NCBI GenBank assembly: GCA_017415325.1
Contig: JAFQGY010000247.1
Span: 2,018-66,017, forward strand
DNA from: Clostridia bacterium
GTDB lineage: Bacteria; Bacillota; Clostridia; Oscillospirales; CAG-272
Direction: 5' to 3'
Length of the DNA: 64,000 nt
Shown: positions 35,828 through 44,761 of the stretch, in pieces
How positions within the stretch are numbered: the stretch's first letter is position 1
Layout: each line of letters starts with the position of its first letter
Program-made: the position numbers and the translations under genes
The notes under the pieces: generated by a model
What the model was told of the DNA's origin: nothing
Database searches by the model: none
Seen by the model: the letters and a program-made list of their open reading frames with translations, nothing else

Positions 35828-37038
35828 TAGATTTCATTTGCGTTGTCGATTTCAAACGCCGCACCGGGATTCTTGCAGACCAGTTCCATGTAGTTGGCCA
35901 GCAGACCACGGTATTCAGAAGTGCCGGGCTTCAGATTGAAGGGAGTATCCTGATAATCAGCGAAATCCCAGCCGGTTTCACGGAACTCGAACAGGGAGGA
36001 ATCCACACCCCAGATCTTGTTGGCAGGAACATGACGGGCATTCACCACATCAATGGTTCTGTTGCCTACAACGATGGCATAGCCGGATGCGCCGCCCACA
36101 AACTTTCTCTTTTCCACCAGATTGATGTGGGTGGAGGAGGACTTCATGTAGCGTTCGTATGCGTCATATGCATTGTCGCCGAACATCAGAGTGTCGATGT
36201 CCGCACCATACATATCCTTTGCCGCACGAACCGCTCTGGTAATCAGAGTATCTTCGATTTCGTTCTTTGCGTCGATCTTGTTGGGCTTCAGGTAGATGTT
36301 TTCTTCCTTGTTCAGCCCATAGATTTCCTTCACGTTGTCATCAAACAGCGCCCCCAGACCGGTGATTTCCCGACCATAGGACTGCTGTACGGTAATGAAA
36401 CCATATGCGCTGCCGTTTGCAGTGGACGCAGTCACAGGGTTGGACAGGGTAACTTCCTTGTTTGCAGCGTCGATGGCAATGATCTGCACCTTTTCATTGG
36501 CAGCAGTCAGAGTAGGTTCGCCATCTGCATAGGTATGTACATCAATGGTAATACCCACGATGATGTTGTTGACGGAATCCAGCGTGATCTTGTTGGTGTT
36601 GGATGCACTCTTGGTGATGTTCGCCAGAACACCAGTACCATTGCCGTATACCATACGGGCAGTGTTCCACTTGGCTGCTTCATAGGACGCCATCATGTAA
36701 TCCTTGACAGTATCCATCATCACTGCCTTGTTGTCTCTGCCCAGCTGTACCACCTTGTTGGAAATAGCCAGTTCAACGTACCCATCCTTGGGAGAAAACT
36801 TCATACGGCTGTACAGAGGTGCCTTGGAAATGGGAGTGGGCGCTCTTTCCTCGGACATACCCACGTTACCGGCTACACCGATTCGTGCGCCGAAAACCCC
36901 ATCACCCTGCATGGGCGCCTTGGGAATCTTTGCGAGGAAGGGGTCTGCTTCCACGTTCAGCATGTTATTCAGATAGGGAAGGTAGATTTCCTTTGTCACC
37001 TTCTGAATGGTAATCATATCCTGTGCTACATTCGGCAT
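35827..37038 (-). CDS. major capsid protein
   Basis: 403 aa directly after the scaffold gene. The size, position and composition fit an HK97-fold capsid protein. Confidence 0.75.
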   Translation of the reverse strand: MPNVAQDMITIQKVTKEIYLPYLNNMLNVEADPFLAKIPKAPMQGDGVFGARIGVAGNVGMSEERAPTPISKAPLYSRMKFSPKDGYVELAISNKVVQLGRDNKAVMMDTVKDYMMASYEAAKWNTARMVYGNGTGVLANITKSASNTNKITLDSVNNIIVGITIDVHTYADGEPTLTAANEKVQIIAIDAANKEVTLSNPVTASTANGSAYGFITVQQSYGREITGLGALFDDNVKEIYGLNKEENIYLKPNKIDAKNEIEDTLITRAVRAAKDMYGADIDTLMFGDNAYDAYERYMKSSSTHINLVEKRKFVGGASGYAIVVGNRTIDVVNARHVPANKIWGVDSSLFEFRETGWDFADYQDTPFNLKPGTSEYRGLLANYMELVCKNPGAAFEIDNANEI

Positions 37039-37119
37039 TTTTACTATTCTCCTTCGTAATTAAATAATATTCTCGTTCTTCATAGCATTCCGTCCTTAAT
37101 ATATATAGGAATGGTACCT

Positions 37120-38046
37120 TTATCGCACCATTAACCCCTTGAGAAGTGCCGCCCCCAGTTCCTTGTCGTTCTTCGGGCGGTTTTCGGGAATCGCCTGTGC
37201 CTGTGCCATCCCCGTAGATGCGGCAATCTTGGGTACTCCCGCCTGTGCCTGTGCCATTTCCGTTGCCTGCTGTGCTGCAAGGGCTTTCATGACTTCCGGA
37301 TTGGCTCTTGCCATCGCCAGAATTTCTTCCGTGGTGGGTGCGTTCTGGTGACGCATACCTCTGTCCATAAGCCCACCAATCACATATCTGTCGGTGGGAG
37401 AAAGCCCCTGCAGAGCAGGAGTGTTGTTGATAACCTGTTCAATGGCATCCCGTCTGTCGGCAAAATCCGTGAACCGGGGATCTCCGAACACCGCAGTTCT
37501 GGCTGCATCGTTTTCCGCCATTCTCCGGTTTGCTTCATACTGTTCCCGGATGGGCTTCATTTCCCCCATAGCCTTTTCCATGGCGTCCTGTACGGCTCTT
37601 TCCATCACCGCCTGCTGCCACTGGGCAATGGCCTGATTCTGTGCGTCCCCTTCCATATACCGGACAGCATTCCAGTCAAGCTGCGGATAAGGTTCCATGG
37701 TTCTGTTGACGGCTTCTTCTGCAAGTTCGCTCTGCTGCTGCATGGCCTGTCCCGCCTGCTGATTCTGTGCCGTGAGCTGCTGGATAATTGCCTGCTGCTG
37801 CTGGATCATCTGCATCAGCTGTGCATTCTGGGATTCCAGAGGATTCACAGGGTTTACAGGTGCTTCAACAGGAGTTTCAACAGGTGCAGGTTCTTCTGCA
37901 GGCACTTCTGCATTGGCTTCCGGAGCAGTTTCCGCTTCCACAGGTGCTTCCACGGGTGCTTCTGCAGCAGGTTCTTCTCCCACGGCCGCATCCCATCCGG
38001 CTGTAATGGCTTCCGCCAGACTCATGGTCTTTTCATTTTCATCCAT
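37120..38046 (-). CDS. scaffolding protein
   Basis: 308 aa. P/A/E-rich N-terminus (EAPVEAPVEAETAPE), then a Q-rich coiled coil. It lies between the portal and capsid genes. Confidence 0.65.
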   Translation of the reverse strand: MDENEKTMSLAEAITAGWDAAVGEEPAAEAPVEAPVEAETAPEANAEVPAEEPAPVETPVEAPVNPVNPLESQNAQLMQMIQQQQAIIQQLTAQNQQAGQAMQQQSELAEEAVNRTMEPYPQLDWNAVRYMEGDAQNQAIAQWQQAVMERAVQDAMEKAMGEMKPIREQYEANRRMAENDAARTAVFGDPRFTDFADRRDAIEQVINNTPALQGLSPTDRYVIGGLMDRGMRHQNAPTTEEILAMARANPEVMKALAAQQATEMAQAQAGVPKIAASTGMAQAQAIPENRPKNDKELGAALLKGLMVR

Positions 38047-40051
38047 TAGTATTACCTCTCATTATCATCTGCTGCTGCATGGCAGCCTGTTCTCTCTTTG
38101 CGATTTCCTGTTGATGCACCGCAATGTGTTCTTCAAATTTCGCCGCATATTCCGGCATTTTCTTGGCAAATATCTGATAGTCCCGGGAAATGGCAAACCG
38201 GATATGTTCATCCAGATGTACCCGGTCATCGTCATACCGCCCTCTCTCGGGCAGTACACCCTGATCCAGATAGCTGTTTTCTCTGGCTGCATATTTCCGC
38301 TGCAGTTCCTCCATGGAAAGGGATTCTGCATCCCCTTCCATAAACAGTTCCCGGTATTTCCGCTTCACCTCCTGCGGCAGCATACCATTTTCATCTGTGT
38401 AAAGCCCCGCATTCAGAGCCGCAAGGAAATCCTGCTTCTTTTGTTCTGCAGATCGTCTCAGCTCATTTTCCGCCGTGTATTCCACATCATAGGAGTTAAT
38501 GTCCTCCCGTGTCCATATGCTTACATACCCGGCATCATCACTCCCCGCAATCCGCAGTACCCGGTATCCTCCGGCAAACGCTTTGCACAGCTTCAGCCAG
38601 ATTTTCGCCATCTCGATAACCCCGTCCCGGATATTGTCCGCTGTCAGGCTCATACGGGTGTTATCAATGTCCCGCAGGTTTTCTATAGCAGTACCCGATG
38701 TAACCCCGGTCGGTGTACCGCCGTACATCATCATCTGGGATACCCCGGCTGTGTATTCCATGGCTTCTTCCAGCTTCATCCGCTCATTTTCCACCACAGA
38801 GGGAGGGGAGGGATATTGCAGAAACTCCGGGATCTTCGCCCCCGGCCTTGTGAGAATGATAGAACCCGGTTCTATGCCGTTGTTTTCGATTTCACCCATG
38901 TTGGTGACAGCCCCATCTTCCATCGCAACAGGGTTGGCTGTGATGGTACCGATGAAATCCTGTATCTTGTTGCAGACATTGTTGTAGGATCGCTGCAGAG
39001 GAATCAAATCCTGTATCACGGACTTGCCGTAAAACTGCCCCGCCACGGATTTTGCCTTGATGTCCCGCAGCGGCATAACCCCGCCCGGCAAATCTCCGTA
39101 GAATATTAGCTTGTTCCTGACAATAATGGCAATCCTGCCAATGGGATAATCCCTTGACGGGTTTTCCAGATAGGTTATCACCTTGGCAGCATTTTCAGTG
39201 TTCTCCTTTTGCAGACCAAAGGTGAAATTGGAATGCCCATGCCCTGTAACCCCCTGCGGAATGGGTGTGAGTACGTAGTTTTCCACGCTCTCTCCCTCTA
39301 CTCGCAGACCGTACATATCATAGACAGTCCCTACATCTCTGACCTGCTCAATGATGATAAACCGCTGGTCTGCGATTTCCTCCGTTGTCAGGGAGGCAGG
39401 GAATACCTCATAGGAGGAAACAAGCCCAAAATCCAGATCCCCGGAATATATCGGTGCCATGGTAACGGTTTCAGTGCCATCATCAGATACCTCCATTCTT
39501 TCCATTTCTCCGACCTTGTCCCCTGCCTGCGTATCCCACCATGACAGCGTGTATACCGTCCCGGTGAGTTCCGCCCATGCAACGGCTTTCCGCATTTTGT
39601 GTGCAAATCCCGTATTCGCCTTGCAGTATTCCAATATCTTGGTGGACACGGAAGCCTTTGCATAGTCATCCGCTTCGTAGGTACGGGGTTTGACTACCAT
39701 ATCGTAGGTAACACTGCCCAGATGTGCCAGTCTTGTTTCCATGATAGGCCCGATCCGGTTGTATACCCGCCGTTCCCTGTCCCGGATTTCCATGTTCTCT
39801 TCTTCCGTGATCCGCCGCAGGTTTATATCCATCTCGCAGTTCTGATGCCCCGCCAGAAAATTGGCATTCATCGTCCATTGGAGTTCATACACCATCCGTT
39901 CATCCCGAATCCGTTCCAGCTCTCCGGTGATGTGCGCAACAATATCGTCCGCATATACCGTTTCCCCTTCTACCTGCCCCATGGCGATTTCCGGCGGCAT
40001 CCGTTCCAGATCGTCCTTTTTTCGGTGAAACATCCGATCCAATATGCTCAC
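38039..40051 (-). CDS. portal protein
   Basis: 670 aa, in the terminase to scaffold position. Portal-like size. Confidence 0.75.
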   Translation of the reverse strand: MSILDRMFHRKKDDLERMPPEIAMGQVEGETVYADDIVAHITGELERIRDERMVYELQWTMNANFLAGHQNCEMDINLRRITEEENMEIRDRERRVYNRIGPIMETRLAHLGSVTYDMVVKPRTYEADDYAKASVSTKILEYCKANTGFAHKMRKAVAWAELTGTVYTLSWWDTQAGDKVGEMERMEVSDDGTETVTMAPIYSGDLDFGLVSSYEVFPASLTTEEIADQRFIIIEQVRDVGTVYDMYGLRVEGESVENYVLTPIPQGVTGHGHSNFTFGLQKENTENAAKVITYLENPSRDYPIGRIAIIVRNKLIFYGDLPGGVMPLRDIKAKSVAGQFYGKSVIQDLIPLQRSYNNVCNKIQDFIGTITANPVAMEDGAVTNMGEIENNGIEPGSIILTRPGAKIPEFLQYPSPPSVVENERMKLEEAMEYTAGVSQMMMYGGTPTGVTSGTAIENLRDIDNTRMSLTADNIRDGVIEMAKIWLKLCKAFAGGYRVLRIAGSDDAGYVSIWTREDINSYDVEYTAENELRRSAEQKKQDFLAALNAGLYTDENGMLPQEVKRKYRELFMEGDAESLSMEELQRKYAARENSYLDQGVLPERGRYDDDRVHLDEHIRFAISRDYQIFAKKMPEYAAKFEEHIAVHQQEIAKREQAAMQQQMIMRGNTNG

Positions 40052-40233
40052 ATCATGTCACCTTCCTTCTTTTTCTTATATGGTGAAATCACCCGTGATG
40101 TGCCGTTTTCCGGTATCTGCACAGGCATCCCCGCCATGGTTCGTGCCATCCTGATTACATCCCCGTACAGCTTCCAACACAGCAGAGCCAGCACCACAAT
40201 GGCAATTCCTTCCACTATAATACAGGCAATCAT
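40048..40233 (-). CDS. 61-aa single-TM protein
   Basis: MIACIIVEGIAIVVLALLCW... Overlapping stop/start with its neighbours. Confidence 0.4.
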   Translation of the reverse strand: MIACIIVEGIAIVVLALLCWKLYGDVIRMARTMAGMPVQIPENGTSRVISPYKKKKEGDMM

Positions 40234-40616
40234 TCCACATCTTCCTTCCGTCTGCGCCCTCTCTTAGGCGTTTCAGCGGCTTCTTCAGCTTCTTCCGCCG
40301 TTTCTTCCACAGTTTCTTCTACTGTTTCTTCCACAGTTTCTTCTACTGTTTCTTCCACAGTTTCTTCTACTGTTTCTTCGGATTCCTCCGGTTTCAGCAG
40401 TTCCAGCACATCCGCTAGCTTCTCCCGTGCCGCATCTACACCGACGATTTCCACGAATTTTGCCACAATATCATGGACACAGTCACTGCACAGATGCATG
40501 GGATTATGCCCACCATCGCTACCCCTGAAATACTGTATTGTGTCTCTGTTCCGGCACCGGTCAACTGTACACTGAATCTGCCTGTGCCATTTCCTCCCAT
40601 TCATCGTAAACGCCAT
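40230..40616 (-). CDS. Cys-rich protein with an acidic (ETVE)n repeat tail
   Basis: 128 aa. Cys/His-rich N-terminal half (C16, C21, C43, C46) that could bind zinc, then EETVEETVEETVEETVEETVEETVEE. Confidence 0.5.
   Translation of the reverse strand: MAFTMNGRKWHRQIQCTVDRCRNRDTIQYFRGSDGGHNPMHLCSDCVHDIVAKFVEIVGVDAAREKLADVLELLKPEESEETVEETVEETVEETVEETVEETVEETAEEAEEAAETPKRGRRRKEDVE
40300..40379. repeat. 24-bp tandem repeat x3.3 (12-bp subunits)
   Basis: GTTTCTTCCACAGTTTCTTCTACT is repeated and encodes the ETVE tract. Confidence 0.85.
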
Positions 40617-40642
40617 TTGTACTTCCTCCTATATTTAATATA

Positions 40643-40716
40643 TGGGACATCAGGGACTCGAACCCCAAACCGTCCGGTTATGAGCCGGATGCTCTCACCA
40701 TTTGCGCTAATGTCCC
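40643..40716 (-). tRNA. tRNA with CAT anticodon (Met, or Ile2 if lysidine-modified)
   Basis: Hand-folded cloverleaf: acceptor GGGACAT/ATGTCCC, anticodon arm TCCGG-CTCATAA-CCGGA, T arm TGGGG-TTCGAGT-CCCTG, discriminator A. 74 nt, no encoded CCA. Confidence 0.8.
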
Positions 40717-40739
40717 GTATGATTCCCCATAAAGGGAAA

Positions 40740-42131
40740 TCATCTGTATACCTTAATACCACTCTTTCTCCCTAGCCGCCGTGACCTGTAGTCCGCCAAC
40801 CTGTCCGCTTCTGTTTCTTCTTTTGGTTCCACCGCAGGAACTGTATGCTGTACGCAGAAATACCGCAGGGAATCGGGCAAATGTGTCAGCTCGTGCGGCT
40901 CTGTTGCCACATCATTGATGTTTTTCTCATCCGCTTTGATGGTTGACAGCGTCCGAATCAGGTTTTTGCAGCAGGAGAATATATGGATCCTTGCTGTTTT
41001 GGTTATCTCCCCATCCTCCGCCCGTCTTTCCATCACTTTCAGGCGCTCGTGAATTTCCATCCACCCGGCAATTCTGGCATTGCTGGATGATACCAGAGGT
41101 ACTCCGTTTTCGTAAAACAGTTCCGACACCTGTTTACCGGTATCTTTTGTCCTGCTCCACAAATCCGGCGGCGCATATGTTATCATGTCTCTCTCTGGGA
41201 ACGGATTCCCTTCTATGAGAGCTGCACAGGCATCCGATACCACAAGCCCCGGCTGGTATACCTCAGATACCACATATACATCCCCGATGGTATCTATGGC
41301 GTAATACAGCCCCGCCAGAGCATCCAAACCGTAGTCGATGCTTCTGTATTTCCGCCAGTGCGCCGGTATCGGAAATGGCGATACAACATGCACGGACTTG
41401 TCAAATTCTTCATAGTAGACACATCCATCAACACCCCATCCGCCCAGCCCGGCCACTTTGTATCTCTCTGGACGTGTCCGCTTCATTTCCTCAAATTCCT
41501 GCATATCTTCCTCCGACAGCCACTCGTTGCACAGATAATTGGTAGTCATTGCTAGTACATTTGGGTCTTCTCTGTCAAAAAATCGTGCCTTGATCCATGT
41601 TCCCTCGCTCCATGGGTTAAATGTAAGAGTTGTCTGCTTATAATACCCATCGGGAAGGGAACCCATCATGGATTCATTCAGCATATCGAAATCTTTTTCT
41701 TCTTCAATTTCAAACGCTTCTTCAATCCACAGCCAGCACAGAGCGCCGAATTCCACCGTCACAGAGGTTATTTTCAGAGGATCATCCAACCCCCGAAAAT
41801 AGATCTGCTGCCCCGTCTCGTTAAATGTGATTTCAAGCGGACTCTCCTTAAATGTAAACTTATCGTATACTCCAAGGTTTCTTGCCGCCCATTTCAACTC
41901 TTTGAAGCAGGAATCCTTCATGGTGTTATAGTACCGCCTGACCACCAGAGCGTGAGACAACGGGTACTTGATGAGCTGGTATATCAGTTTCATGGCCTGT
42001 GTTTTGGATTTCTTGCTGCGTCGGCTGCCCTTGACAGCCACATACCGGCACTTAGACCGCCACATAGTACCGTACCCCTTACCCACCTTGTCCGGCAGAT
42101 AGATATTGTTCAGCACATCAGCAGCTTTCAT
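40740..42131 (-). CDS. terL: terminase large subunit
   Basis: 463 aa. Walker A-like VAVKGSRRSKKSKT, and the later nuclease-half motifs SIDYGLD...YYAIDTIGDVYVV. Its start overlaps the terS stop. Confidence 0.9.
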   Translation of the reverse strand: MKAADVLNNIYLPDKVGKGYGTMWRSKCRYVAVKGSRRSKKSKTQAMKLIYQLIKYPLSHALVVRRYYNTMKDSCFKELKWAARNLGVYDKFTFKESPLEITFNETGQQIYFRGLDDPLKITSVTVEFGALCWLWIEEAFEIEEEKDFDMLNESMMGSLPDGYYKQTTLTFNPWSEGTWIKARFFDREDPNVLAMTTNYLCNEWLSEEDMQEFEEMKRTRPERYKVAGLGGWGVDGCVYYEEFDKSVHVVSPFPIPAHWRKYRSIDYGLDALAGLYYAIDTIGDVYVVSEVYQPGLVVSDACAALIEGNPFPERDMITYAPPDLWSRTKDTGKQVSELFYENGVPLVSSSNARIAGWMEIHERLKVMERRAEDGEITKTARIHIFSCCKNLIRTLSTIKADEKNINDVATEPHELTHLPDSLRYFCVQHTVPAVEPKEETEADRLADYRSRRLGRKSGIKVYR

Positions 42132-42544
42132 CAGTCCTCCAAATCGTTCTCCCCGCTGATAACAACAGGGACGCCACCTTTAATATCGGTTTCCGTTTTT
42201 GTGGTATACCCATATCTGCCCATCCATAGACCGGAGAGCTGTGTCGGAATCACACCCATTTCAAACTTTCTGCGGGCATCCAGCTCAACTTCTTCCCGGA
42301 TCATATTGACTAACTCAGAAAATTCTTTATCTTCAGCATATGTGGTGTAATAGCTCTGTTCCGTCATCCCCAAATATACTGCAAATCCTTTGACTGTGTA
42401 TGTAATTGGTGCTGGTATTTCACTTGTGTAGTATTCCCCCTGGAAGAATTTTGCCATCTTCCTTGTGTTGTTATCACAAGCATCTTTGTATTCATCCCAT
42501 TTTTCCTTCATTTCTTCCAGTGTGTACATTCTTGGCCTTGCCAC
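42131..42544 (-). CDS. terS: terminase small subunit
   Basis: 137 aa. GTG start follows AAAGGAGAG. N-terminal HTH-like region. Directly upstream of terL. Confidence 0.7.
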   Translation of the reverse strand: MARPRMYTLEEMKEKWDEYKDACDNNTRKMAKFFQGEYYTSEIPAPITYTVKGFAVYLGMTEQSYYTTYAEDKEFSELVNMIREEVELDARRKFEMGVIPTQLSGLWMGRYGYTTKTETDIKGGVPVVISGENDLED

Positions 42545-42545
42545 T

Positions 42546-42743
42546 TCACAACTCTCCTTTCTTTGATAGTGATTGGTTATATTTGCTATATATCAGCCCC
42601 ATGGTGATCCATTGAGCGGACAGGCACACTACTCCCACCACAGAGAGAGCAGCGTACCCATCCACAACCAGCCCCACGGAGCCACCACGTCGCATCAAGG
42701 CAGTCCAATCCATATGCACCATCATGCCATACCGGCCCGGCAT
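42546..42743 (-). CDS. possible 65-aa membrane peptide in the terS leader
   Basis: ATG lies 9 nt after GAGGAG. One hydrophobic stretch. It could be non-coding leader. Confidence 0.3.
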   Translation of the reverse strand: MPGRYGMMVHMDWTALMRRGGSVGLVVDGYAALSVVGVVCLSAQWITMGLIYSKYNQSLSKKGEL

Positions 42744-42953
42744 CGTGCATATCTCCTCATCCGGTACTTCCTACCCGACCTGTATATTTACGTGGTATGA
42801 TGTCGACCACCCACTCTCGTCATCCGGGACCATTGGACAAACCCCGGAACCGTGGCATTTTTGCGTCGGTGCCAACCCCGCCATTGGTACCCCGGATGGC
42901 GCACGCCGGTACTATTGTTTTCTTAAGTTATCAACAGTTTATCACCATACCCC

Positions 42954-42973
42954 CCCCTAAAACTGACATCTTT
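42954..42973 (-). promoter_or_regulatory. conserved late motif, site 3
   Basis: Minus strand reads AAAGATGTCAGTTTTAGGGG, 409 nt upstream of the terS start codon. Confidence 0.5.
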
Positions 42974-43009
42974 ATGAAATAACTGTATTTATATTATGAA
43001 ATAACTGTA
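42973..43009. repeat. 15-bp direct repeat x2 abutting late-motif site 3
   Basis: TATGAAATAACTGTA occurs at 42973-42987 and 42995-43009. Confidence 0.75.
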
Positions 43010-43026
43010 AACGGGTGGTTTTGGGG

Positions 43027-43071
43027 GCAAAATAAAAAGGACATGGATTTTTACTCCACGTCCATGTCCTT
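43027..43071 (-). terminator. intrinsic terminator of the RHH gene
   Basis: An 11-bp perfect stem, AAGGACATGGA (43038-43048) pairing with TCCATGTCCTT (43061-43071), spans the stop codon. T-rich TTTATTTTG follows on the minus strand. Confidence 0.65.
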
Positions 43072-43254
43072 TTCCAGTTTTTCCGCTATCGCCAGATTGA
43101 TATATCCGTTGATGGATAGTCCATATTTTTCCGCCGCCTGCCGCAGGATTTCCTTCCTGCCCTTAGCCATAGTCACGTTGATTCTGTCGTAATTTTCCTT
43201 CACGTACCTATTCACGCAGGCTTGCTGTTTTTTGCTAACCGGCACACCAATCAC
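43051..43254 (-). CDS. ribbon-helix-helix (CopG/Arc-like) repressor
   Basis: 64-67 aa. Pattern ...DRINVTMAKGRKEILRQAAEKYGLSINGYINLAIAEKLEKD (beta strand followed by two helices). The true start is probably the GTG at 43245, 9 nt after AAGGAG. Confidence 0.65.
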   Translation of the reverse strand: MIGVPVSKKQQACVNRYVKENYDRINVTMAKGRKEILRQAAEKYGLSINGYINLAIAEKLEKDMDVE

Positions 43255-43267
43255 CTCCTTTACTTTT

Positions 43268-43296
43268 ATTATATCACACTAATATATTGGTGTAAA
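43268..43296 (-). promoter_or_regulatory. sigma-A promoter of the RHH gene
   Basis: Minus strand reads TTTACA (43296-43291), 17 nt, then TGATATAAT (-10 at 43273-43268). Confidence 0.6.
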
Positions 43297-43368
43297 TAGT
43301 GTTTTTGCACAACTTATTGCAGAAATATTTGTGACTATTGGCACTTGACTATTGGTGTAAATAGTGTT
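43285..43368. promoter_or_regulatory. two identical 19-bp operator-like repeats, one in each divergent promoter
   Basis: TATTGGTGTAAATAGTGTT occurs at 43285-43303 (covering the -35 of the minus promoter) and at 43350-43368 (the spacer of the plus promoter). Confidence 0.65.
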
Positions 43369-43373
43369 ATAAT
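43345..43373 (+). promoter_or_regulatory. near-consensus sigma-A promoter of the plus-strand island
   Basis: TTGACT (43345-43350), 17 nt, then TGTTATAAT (-10 at 43368-43373). Confidence 0.7.
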
Positions 43374-43421
43374 GGGTACAACGAAAGGGAAACACCCAAA
43401 CAACGAACGGAGAAAGAAAAA

Positions 43422-43676
43422 ATGAAACACTCTATCATGACCGCAAAAGCAATGGAAGAACTTTATATCAGATATGACCTTGATGAAAAAACGTGGAAAA
43501 TGCTGTATGAAATGGCGTGTCACAATCTGATTGACTATGAAACATGGGCGAAATTCTTTAACAAGTGCAAGGGATACACTTTCAAGGATGATGAACAGAC
43601 CGCAGTAATTGATGATTATGAAAATCAGAACGTAATCTATATCCGCAACAAAGACGGCGTTCTGGTTCGTGCATAA
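43422..43676 (+). CDS. hypothetical protein (island gene 1)
   Basis: 84 aa. AGAAAGAAAAAATG start context. Globular-looking. Confidence 0.5.
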   Translation: MKHSIMTAKAMEELYIRYDLDEKTWKMLYEMACHNLIDYETWAKFFNKCKGYTFKDDEQTAVIDDYENQNVIYIRNKDGVLVRA

Positions 43677-43751
43677 AGCGTCTGACGAGTCGTTGAGAAT
43701 TACGACGAAACCGCCCCGGCGGTCACGCTGAAACGAAAAGGAGAACAAAAA

Positions 43752-44033
43752 ATGAAATATGTAAGCATTATCCGCAGGATTTTGAGCATCGACAATGCGC
43801 TTAGCCGCATCCCGCTCCACGACAGCTATTATGAAACGGAACGCTACGATGACATAGAAGACCGCCTCTGGAACAAGCGCAAAGAGCTTGCTCAACTCAT
43901 CAGTGAGTACACCAGTTGCCCCGACAGAACAAACAAGGAGCTTCGCCGACACTACTACGGGCATAAGAAGCAAGTGAAGCTCGCTTGTAGGCTCCTCGGT
44001 GCTGACTACTACAAGGTGTTAAGAGGATTTTAA
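43752..44033 (+). CDS. hypothetical basic protein (island gene 2)
   Basis: 93 aa, with AAAGGAGAAC upstream of the ATG. Confidence 0.5.
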   Translation: MKYVSIIRRILSIDNALSRIPLHDSYYETERYDDIEDRLWNKRKELAQLISEYTSCPDRTNKELRRHYYGHKKQVKLACRLLGADYYKVLRGF

Positions 44034-44047
44034 GCCGAAATGGGCAA

Positions 44048-44341
44048 ATGCCCATCACCGTGAACCGCCCCACACGGTCTGATGATGGCAGGGCAGAAAG
44101 GATAAGAAACATGGGAGAAATCATGGGCGCAATCAGAAACGCAATGATTGAAACCGGCCGGATGGATGCAAAATGCAAACTGGAATGCACCAACGTAGTA
44201 ACAGACGGCGATTGGGCACGAGTCGAATGCTATCTGTATAAAGGGCAGAGAGCAAAGAAACCATGTATGTACTGGAATGTCTGTGTGTATGTACCGGAAA
44301 GAAAAGTCCATTGGGACACAACAACATTCTACCATCTATAA
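44048..44341 (+). CDS. hypothetical Cys-containing protein (island gene 3)
   Basis: 97 aa. Start uncertain, because internal Met codons are present. Confidence 0.45.
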   Translation: MPITVNRPTRSDDGRAERIRNMGEIMGAIRNAMIETGRMDAKCKLECTNVVTDGDWARVECYLYKGQRAKKPCMYWNVCVYVPERKVHWDTTTFYHL

Positions 44342-44393
44342 ACCACCCCACCAAGCCGAGCCGGGCGTCAAATCCCGGCAGAAAGTGACTACA

Positions 44394-44552
44394 ATGACAA
44401 ATCAAGAAATCTTTGAAATGCTTGCAGATTTGGAAGAAAGGCTGTTTTACGCCTACTGTGCAGATCGTGAAAACGATGCTCTGAAATCTGCCCACGAATC
44501 TGCAAGAAAAGCACTGGAAGAATTCGCCAGAAAAACCGGAACACATAATTAA
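44394..44552 (+). CDS. 52-aa helical protein (island gene 4)
   Basis: MTNQEIFEMLADLEERLFYAY... Weak SD. Confidence 0.4.
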   Translation: MTNQEIFEMLADLEERLFYAYCADRENDALKSAHESARKALEEFARKTGTHN

Positions 44553-44597
44553 CTCCCGATTCCTGCTTGATTTTACCGAAAAACTTTTGCCAAACCC

Positions 44598-44626
44598 CTC
44601 GACTTGTCACCAGATTGTTGATATAA
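44598..44626 (+). promoter_or_regulatory. sigma-A promoter of island gene 5
   Basis: TCGACT (44598-44603), 17 nt, then TGATATAAT (-10 at 44621-44626). Confidence 0.55.
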
Positions 44627-44761
44627 TATAGACACAGCATACGTCGAAAACTGGGAGTGCGGCAAAAGCATATGCCCACCGTATCTGTTTGATTTGATGC
44701 GGTATAAGATGGAGCATGAAAATAAAATTGATCCCCAATATGCAAATAAGGAGATTGCAAA

